DNA from: the human T2T-CHM13v2.0 reference genome, Homo sapiens
Direction: 5' to 3' (one strand)
DNA: 64,000 nt
Assembly: GCF_009914755.1 (NCBI RefSeq)
Contig: NC_060941.1
Below are positions 54,973-64,000 of the stretch, in pieces. Below the pieces are notes generated by a model that was not told the origin of the DNA, did no database searches, and saw nothing but the letters and a program-made list of their open reading frames with translations. Within the stretch, counting starts at the first letter, position 1. Each line of letters begins with the position of its first letter. The position numbers and the translations under genes are program-made.

Positions 54973-56857
54973 AAAACTGTTGACGGGCATCTTGGGTACT
55001 TCCGGCATTTCCGGCCTTCCCGGCTGGACTTGGTGTTTTCCCTGTGCCTGATTTCAGGAATGAGGTGGATGTTTCGGGATGGCCAGGCCAGGGCCCACGT
55101 GCCTGCAGTGAGCTCAGGGCGGGCTCTATCAAAATCCCGCTGGTCCAGTCCTGAAGTGCAGTGGGCAACCAGATGTGCTCCACCTCCCTCCCCAGCCCAG
55201 CCTTCCCTGTCCCACCATGAGGTGAGAGCGGGCCTCTGAAGCCACAGGGCCTGCTGGTTTGCAAGAATCCCCGGCGTGTCTTTTTTCCAGTGAGTGACTT
55301 TTAAGTTGTCTTCAGAATGATTGCTCAACTTGAAAACCCCCTGGGCGGGTGTCTGGGGTGGTTTGGATCATTGCGCAGCATTTCATTCCTTTCCCCAAAT
55401 TGCTCATTATTTCATTTGCATAAATTTTAGTGGTGAGATACCGCCCCAGGCCTAGGAAGCTCAAATAGACCTCATAATGGGGCATCAGAGACAAGTGGTG
55501 GGGGCCCCGTCTGGCCAGATCACGTGTCTGCGATGTTCTCAGGCTGTGTCCTGGCAGGAGCGGGCTTGGAAGGAGGACAACAATGTGCTACTTCCAGGGG
55601 GTAGGTGTCCTGCAGGGCTCGGTGGCTGGACCCCAGACGCTGCCTCTCCCTGACCTCAACCTGTCCCCCCACTCTCCGCACACTGTCACCAAGTGCCCTG
55701 CGTGGATGGGAGATGGAAGCCAGACAGAGCCTCATTCCCAGCTGGGCTCTGGCATCTCCTTGTCCATCAATCCGTCTGCACCTACTTATTGGGTGTGCTG
55801 ACAGCCGCGTGCCGGGTACCGCGATGAGGCAGGGGTGGGGCAGACAGGGGAGTCAAAGACTGGAGGAGATAAGGCCAGGCAGCTGTGTTAGGTACCAGGG
55901 AGGGGCAGAGCTGTCAGGGCTGGGGAGTGGGGGATTGGTGAACCTGGGACCTGTGGGCTGAAAATGGGGGCTTGAAGAGAGTCTTGGTTGGTCAGGACCC
56001 CTCTAGGGCTGACCTTCCCACAAGGTGGCTCAGGGTCACCAGTCCCCTTGGTACTCTGGCTGCTGGGTGGTTGGGGCAGTGAGCAGATGCATCCAGGGCT
56101 CAAGTCCCCTCCGATATCCCTGAATGTGCTTTTCACCTAAGACCATTTTCCAGTGTGGCGTGTGGTGGAGGCTGGGAAGGCCATCCTGGGGCAAGTCTCT
56201 GGACACCATGGAGGAGGGGATTTAGCTAAAAGGTCTTCGGGGGACAGGGACTAAGTAGGCAAGGCCCAAGCATAGTCTTTCGTGGAGGGGCTCATGGGGG
56301 TGATGCCAGTCAGGGGATTGGGAAGGTTGTGGGGGCCTTGAATGCTGAGCTTAGGAATCGAGACATGTCCTTTAGGCTCTGTGGAGCTAGGGCAGCTTTC
56401 TGATCAGACAATAAATGAGGTGCTTTAGGCCTGTTGACCCGCTGTGGAGCAGGTACCGGAGGGCCAGGCCTGACGCCATGGGGGTGTAAAGTGGGCAGAA
56501 TGAGGGCAGAGGGAGACCCTAACAGGAAGTCATACCTGGCACCTTCCCTCACCTTCATTGGCTCCTTCTGAGGCAATGCACCAAGCAAAACCATATTTCA
56601 CTGAATCCTGGCATGGTCCAGGGACAGAGCTTGCTGGGACCCACAGGCTTCAGTTCCAAGAGAAGGAGTCCACGCTGCCCTCTCAGGCTCCAGTTTTCCA
56701 ATGATTTCCTCATCATCTCCAGAAACTCAGTTAATATAATGCCTCTCAGTGTTTACTGAGAGCCTCCTGTGAGCCAAGCTTGCTTTTAAGTTCAGTGAGA
56801 GAATAGGAGAGAAAGAAGACATCACCCTCGTCCTCAGGGACTAACCATAACTATATG

Positions 56858-57285
56858 CAGTGCAATTTACATTAAACATTTTTGGGCTGTGACTCACAGT
56901 AAAAATGTATTTACCATTATGAATTATTATCTAGTACATCCATCTACCTACCTACCTACTCACTTATCCATCTACACCTATCCATCCTTCCATCATCTGT
57001 TCATCCATCCATTCATTCAGCCATCTATCCATCGATTCCTCCATCATTTATTCATTCATCCATTCATCCATCATCCATCCATTCATCCATCATCCATCCA
57101 TCCATCTGTCCATCATCCATTCATTCATCCATCTATCCAAAATAAAAGTTCAATCAACCCTTACTCTGTGGTCCACTCTTATACTTTCAGTTTGCTTCTA
57201 TTTTTTTTTTAATGCTGTCCACGATTCACTAAACTGGTCTCATGACCTGCTAATGAGTTGTTAGCTGCAGTTTAATAAGTGATGG
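56858..57285. mobile_element. Charlie4a-like hAT remnant containing a microsatellite
   Basis: ctgtgactcacagtaaaaat...tcactaaactgg..catgacctgctaatgagttg..gcagttt. Confidence 0.5.
56935..57140. repeat. (CCAT/TCAT)n tetranucleotide tract
   Basis: about 200 nt of atcc/attc repeats. Confidence 0.95.
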
Positions 57286-58009
57286 CCACTCTGAAGAGTT
57301 GAAGCCAGCATACATACACTCCTTGTTAGATTGTCTAGGAGAGCTGTGTTCTCCTGAAAGACCGTCGGGTGGTATGAGCTGTGTGTGCTCTGGGCCACCA
57401 GGAAAGGTGGAGGTCATTGTGAGGACTGTGGCGCAGAGCAGGAGCTCTGAAGTAAGAATGGTGTTACCTGCAGTGCAGTCTCTGCACCCCCTGCCCTGGT
57501 GCTGTGGCAGAACGGGTGCTTTGCCTCTGAAAACAACAGAAGGAAAGCACAGGCTGAACTCGTTGAAAAATAAAAACATAAACTTGAAATAAAAAAATGC
57601 ATCTCTGAGCTGGCATTTGTTGAGTTCCCCAGAGTGAAAGCAGTGTTCATGGAGGTGAACAAGCACCAGAGCCAGATGTGTGTGTGCAGGTGTGGGTCAG
57701 ACCCCTATGACAGTGAGCCCCTGTTTGACAGCTTGTGGGACTCAGGAGGCCAGAGGTAAAGGCAGGGCTTCCCCCATCCCCAGTGAAAAGTCCAACAGGA
57801 GTTGGCCACGCAAAATGTAAACCCTAAAGCACTGCACTCTCAATGTAAGGGCCAGTGAGAAATGAACCTGTCATGTAGGAGGGGAGAGTGAAGAGACCAG
57901 TGTGTTCTGACCTTTGTCCTGCACAGGAGGGAAAAGGTCGTCTCTCCCTAGAATTCATTACCACCGGCCAGCTCTCAGGCAGGCTGAAAACCCACATTTG
58001 TGACCCCTG

Positions 58010-58680
58010 TGCCAGTCTAAGATGATGGTGACTTGGACTAGGGAAAGAAGTAGCAAGATTTGGGAGAGAATTAAAAGTAAGAGCACTTGGTGATGGATTG
58101 ATTAGGTAATGGGGTCAGGGGAGTGGGCGGTGACAGTGGTGACTGGATTTCCAGCTTGCACGTGTGGGTAGATGAAAGCATCATTTCCTGGAAGACAACT
58201 GGATTTGGGAGGGAATATCATGGCTTTGATCTTAGACACCATTAAGTTTGAAGTGCTTTTGAGCAATCTGAGATGTGGGGTGGGCGGTTGGATAGACACG
58301 TCAGAAGCTCAAAGAAGATGTGGGGACTAGAGATATATATTTGGGAGTCATTTCCCCCCGAGAAGACAGATCATTGAATTGGGGGAGATTACCAAGGGAG
58401 ATAGCGAAGTAAGAGGAGAGAAGGCCCAAGTGCAGCTGGAAGAACGCCAGCTTTAATGAGGGGGGGGAGAAGGGCAAGCATGAAAGGGAGGCAGCCCTGG
58501 AGGAGGAAAACCAGGCATATGTGCTGCCAGGAAAGTCAAAGGAAGAGAGGGCTGTGGAAGAGATGCGGTGAACTCCGTCAAGCCTGCCGAGGGGCCTAGT
58601 GAGAGAGGTGGATCCAACATGAGTTGGATTTTGCAATATGGCAGACTTAGGTGGCCTTAGCGTGGGCGTCCTGGTGGGAT
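58010..58680. mobile_element. L2 remnant
   Basis: agcacttggtgatggattg, tagagatatatatttgggagtcat. Confidence 0.7.
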
Positions 58681-58898
58681 AACAGGGCAAAGAAGATGCA
58701 GCAGAGTGGACGGAAAAGTGAGTGGGAGGCAGCACCATGGAAGCTGGGGAGAGACAGTACCTAGGGAGATGTGGGGTTGGAGGAGGGCTTGCAGAGAGGG
58801 GAGCAGTCTGAGCATGTTAACTAGGATAGGAGTTGGGATGAAAGGGGACAAGAGGAAGAGGCTGTGTGTGTGAGAGAGAAGGGAAAGGTGACGGTTTA

Positions 58899-59480
<582 letters not shown>

Positions 59481-59953
59481 CCAAACAGTTGGGGGAATGG
59501 GCCTAGATCGGGGAAGAAAGGTGAACTGCCAGACAAGATGTACAACCTCCTGCACATCTTACACAGCAGAGGTGTGCAACCTGCTGCTGGCCATGCCTTC
59601 ACCAGGAGGCTCAGGCTTAGCCAGCAGCAGGTAGCAGAGGTTCTTCTCTGTCAGCTTCCTTTTCTTTTGAGAATAGGAGGTAAGGATACACCTGTGGAGT
59701 GTGAACCTGGAGAAGGAAGATGATGGGAGGGGGGTGGAGGTTTGAAGAGGGCGGGGAAGGCTTGAAATAGGGAGGTGGGTGAAAGTGACACATCTCAAGG
59801 ACTGATTTATTCATTCATGGACTTAATAGATATCACCGTGTACTATGTGCCAGGCATGTCTCTAGGCCCTGGGGTTAATCTGTGAACCAACCAACCAACC
59901 AAAAAGTCTGTCCTTATGGAGCTTACATTCTAGATGAGAGAAGCATAGTAGAT

Positions 59954-60105
59954 GAATTAGTATATGAAGTATGCATGTGCTATAATATAACCAACAAAAT
60001 CAGTATGTAAAGTATGTAGATGCTATAAGTTGATGTAATGAAATCAATATGTAAAGTCCGTGTCTGCTGTTAGATGACGTAATAAAATCAATATTTAAAG
60101 TACAC
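59954..60105. repeat. Degenerate 44-bp minisatellite inside L2
   Basis: aaatca(a/g)tat(g/t)taaagt core at 59997, 60041 and 60085, weaker copy at 59954. Confidence 0.75.
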
Positions 60106-61064
60106 ATACACTCTAAAAGGTAATGTGCAGTGAAGAAAAGGGAAGCAGAGGAGGGTGTGGGTTTGGTATTTTAAGTGGCATGGTCAGGGCAGGCCTCGCT
60201 GGGAAGTGACAAATGGGCTAAGACCTGGAGGTGATGAGGGATGAAGGGCAGCCGTCTGGGGAGACTGGTGGTCATGGTTTTCTGAAAGTATCCATCTGCC
60301 CTGTGTGGCTTTGTCCAGAAGGGCTGTCTGTCTGGACGGGAGTAGAGGATGAGAAGAAGGTAGCGATAAAGGGCCACAGACTCCAGAGCCCGGGGCCTTG
60401 GCCTGGATGCTGTCGGATGGCAGCAGGGGGAGGAGTGGAGAGAAAGCAGAAGCATGGCCAGGAAGCTGGGAGGCATGAGCCTGGGAAGAGGGGGACCAGC
60501 CTGAGCCCTGGGTGGGGAAAGGGATCCCCTGGGAGCTCACGGGGGTGCATTTTGCTATCTCAGCCGTTTTATTTGCCTGCAACAGGGGAATATTGAGGCA
60601 GGCCAGGCAGCCTGCCCCTTCTCCAGCATCCTCACTTTGCTGTGCTCTTTTTGGTTTTTACATTGCCTGCTCTGTCTTCTACCTCATGGTCAAACTGTGG
60701 CTCTCTCTCCTGAATTCCATGTAAATGGAGAGTAAAGACGATCTAGGGATGGGACTCTCCTGGTGACAACTGTTTTGGCTGCTCAGAGAGGTGTCTTTCT
60801 TTCTGTGTTGTTCTTGACTGTGTTCTAGATGGTCTCCGTTCTGGAAAGGAGAGGTTGTCACAATGAGAATCTCTTAAAATGGTGGGTATGAGCAAAACCA
60901 TGTCACGCCAATGCTGGAACAGTCTGTCTTAACTGGGAGGTCCCTTTGCGATGAGCTAGCTTTACTTCCTAAGGGACTGAGGTCTGCAGAGGCCAAGGGT
61001 CTCCCTGGGTCACCCTGTTTGTGATGTTCCCCTGACATGGAATCCTAAATACACCTTTACCTGC

Positions 61065-61361
61065 TTTTTTTTTTTTTTTGAGATGGAATTTCGCTCTTGT
61101 TGCCCAGGCTGGAGTGCAATGGCACAATCTCGGCCCACTGCAAGTCCACCTCCTGGGTTCAAGCGATTCTCCTGCCTCAGCCTCCTGAGTAGCTAGAATT
61201 ACAGGCACGCACCACCATGTCCGGCTAATTATTGTATTTTTAGTAGAGACAGGGTTTCACCATGTTGGCCAGGCTGATCTAGAACTCCTGACCTCAGGTG
61301 ATCCACCCATCTCGGCCTCCTAAAGTTCTAGGATTACAGACATGAGCCACTGCGCCCGGCC
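61065..61361 (-). mobile_element. Alu (AluSq-like)
   Basis: full dimer. Confidence 0.95.
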
Positions 61362-62800
61362 GTTACCGTCTTTTATATCGATCTCCCCATAATGAACTCA
61401 TCCAGTGCACAAACCCTCCTGTAGAGCCATGTGTCCAGCATCTAGTAGGTCTCCCATAGCTGCCTGGACCTGCTGTCAGGAGTGATCATCGTAACATCAA
61501 CTACTGTTCCCCTGGGTCAGCCACTGTTGACAGCTGGGCACCATTACTGTCCTCATTCCTAGATAAGGAAACTGAGGCATAGAGGTGATCAAACACACCC
61601 AAGGTCAAGTGCACAGTGCTAGCCTGAGACACACAGGATTTGAACTCCTGCATCGGCTCTTGACTCCCCTTTGTCACCTCCAAGTTGTACTGAAGTTGAG
61701 GCTTAGGCTCCCAGAGGGTGTGGGCCCTGGGCTGAGTGTTTTATGGGCCTTATCTCATCTGATAAGAGGGTGCTTGTAATTACTCTTCTTTCACTGAATA
61801 GCAAAGTGGACAAGGAGAGATCAGGTGACTGGCGCAGGCCGCATAGGTGGATGGAAGGCTGGAACAGGCCCCCTCTTAGCACCTCGCTCCCCGGCCTCCC
61901 AGCCTCAGTGGGGTTTGCTGACGAAACAAGCGAGCACATGGAGGAAATGCGGTCCAGCTTCTGCCTAATGAATCCCGCTGTTTCAGCCTGTTTGCATTTG
62001 TCAAGTTAATTTGCCTTCCAGACAGAACCACAGACCAGTGTCCCTGCCTCCTCGAGGGTGGGAGGGACCCCAGGACCCCCTGGAGAGGCACACTTGAGGA
62101 GGCAGACACACCGGTCTGTGGTCTGTACCCCACAGCTATCTCCAGCTCCAGGTCCAGGGAGGGCCAGAAGGTGGAGCGGCGGGGGCCAGTGGCGAGGACA
62201 GTGCGCCACCCCCCGAGGCTGGCCGGCTCCCCAGCTGAGGCAGGCGCATGAAATCCGAACTCTGGAGGGAAATTTACTGCACAATAAAGGAAGAATGGCC
62301 TGCTTTGGGGACAATTAAATCCACATTACTGTGGAATTACAGAGGACTCCTGGGGAATTAGCCACATCCACAGCAGCCAGGAGCACCAGGGCCAAGAAAT
62401 GTGGGGCGTTCACATGTGGGTTCCCTCCAACCCTGACTTGTACTAGGAACCTGTCTTGTTCCCAAGCCCCCTAATTTTAGGGTAAGAAAAAACATTTTCA
62501 AAGACTACCTGAGGGGAACTAATGTCATAAAACAACGCCACCGGGCCCAGTGTGTATCTTAAATAGATCTATTCTGGTCACAAAACCAACTGAGTCACAG
62601 GGTGGAGGTCTGGGGAGGACTAACCCCCTACCACCCCATTTGCAGCTGGGGGAGAAGAAAGGGCCAGGCTTCTGAGCAGAGTGGGCCAGGCGTCCAGTCC
62701 CTGTCACTCCTGTGAGCTGTGTGAGTCCAGCCAGGGTCTCGACATTATTTTCTGGCTTCCTTTAATTGGATCAAAGTAAAGTTGTAAAGTATGGGGTGTT

Positions 62801-63105
62801 GGCCAGGCACGGTGGCTCACACCTGTAATCCCAGCACTTTGGGAGGCCGAGGTGGGTGGATCACCTGAGGCCAGGAGTTTGAGACCAGCGTGGCCAACAT
62901 GGCAAAACCCTGTCTCTACTGAAAATACAAAAAATTAGCCGGGCGTGGTGGCAGGCACCTGTAGTCCCAGCTACTTGGGAGGCTGAGCCAGAAGAATCAC
63001 TTGAACCCAGGAGGCAGGGGTTGCAGTGAGCTGAGATCGGCCACTGCACTCCAGCCTGGGCGACAGAGCAAGACTCCATCTCAAAAAAAAAAAAAAAAAA
63101 AAAAA
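62801..63105 (+). mobile_element. Alu (AluS)
   Basis: TSD aaagt(a/g)tggggt(g/a)tt. Confidence 0.95.
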
Positions 63106-63755
63106 GTGTGGGGTATTTAGAAGAACAGATGTGTTTGTATTCATTTTCCATCCAAGCCTCTGCGGGCTGGAAGAAGATAAGGAGACTGTTTCTGAAGTCA
63201 CAAGTTGGGCAGCTTGAGCTGTCTAGGGTTTGGGAGACCCCTGCGAGGCCCTTGTGCCCTTTCAAGCACATTCCTCAGTTCTCTTCCTGCCGTACCTTCA
63301 GCAGTGGTGCAGGCATGTATGGACAGAGACAGGAGGCAAACAGCTGAGTAAGGTGCAGGGAGGGGACACTAGGATCCAGGGCTCATGAGGAGGCTTGAAG
63401 CATAATGACCCAGGGGTGCCTGGTGCACAGAGACTGCTCCACGTGAGTCATGTGTCACTGTTACGGTGGCTGAGTGGAAGTGGCAGGTGTGAACTGCCCC
63501 AGCTTTGAAGGCTGCCCTCAGCTCCCACCTCCTGCCCTGAGCTCATCTCATTGTTCTCTGCATTTTCTTTCTTAGAGCTCCCAGAGGCCCCTCACTCCTT
63601 CTGGGCACAGACTTCCTGCCCATTTTGGGGGTGAGTCCTCAAGGAGGGGACCACCTTGCTTATGCATACCTTGGTCCTCAGTCCTGAAACAAGCAGCCAA
63701 TGCACTCCTACCTCCCATCGCCTTCTGCTGGTTAGCAGGGCTGGAGGGGACCTGT

Positions 63756-63797
63756 GGGTCTTTAGACACACCCTGGGGGTCTTTAGACACACCCTGG
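63756..63797. repeat. Perfect 21-bp tandem duplication
   Basis: gggtctttagacacaccctgg x2. Confidence 0.95.
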
Positions 63798-64000
63798 GGC
63801 TCCTGGCAGCCATGCCCTCTGGGTGCTGAGACAGAGTGAGGCGGGACAATGTCTCTGATTGCTAGTGAGCTAGGGATTTGGCCCGTGCTATTGGCTCTCA
63901 AAACAATTTGGAGGAGGAAAGTGAGGGGCTAACTCGCCGCAGGACTCTCCTTTCCTGGTCAGTCCCTTGTTGGATTCTTGCCTGGGAGTTTCAGAGCCAG

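Noticed and set aside
59954-60105. CRISPR-like repeat-spacer pattern
   Set aside because: Eukaryotic context, homologous spacers, no cas genes
62200-62220. CTCF-like motif
   Set aside because: Several mismatches at core positions

Overview
Primate (most likely human) genomic DNA. The window looks like the interior of one or more very long introns in an Alu-dense, moderately GC-rich region. About 50 Alu copies (J, S and Y types) are visible, plus fragmented L1M, L2 and MIR, two THE1 solo LTRs, MLT1 LTRs, and DNA transposons (MER5A, MER58A, Tigger2a, MER82, Charlie4a-like). I found no conventional coding exon, structured RNA gene or CRISPR array; the listed ORFs are Alu-derived, microsatellite-derived or of chance length. 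A + strand host gene is inferred from mostly antisense old L1 pieces and + strand splice signals, but I cannot name it. The most interesting signal is a set of candidate microexons in repeat-free islands: 13 nt at 14276-14288, 17 nt at 38404-38420, and 12 nt at 38671-38682 behind a 144-nt AG-free tract. Both loci are bracketed by inverted Alu pairs. Also seen: a (CT)n-preceded cryptic exon, a candidate alternative first exon, enhancer-like motif clusters, an inverted THE1 pair and several atypical Alu insertions. Repeat families were called by eye and their boundaries are approximate; all exon and regulatory calls are hypotheses.
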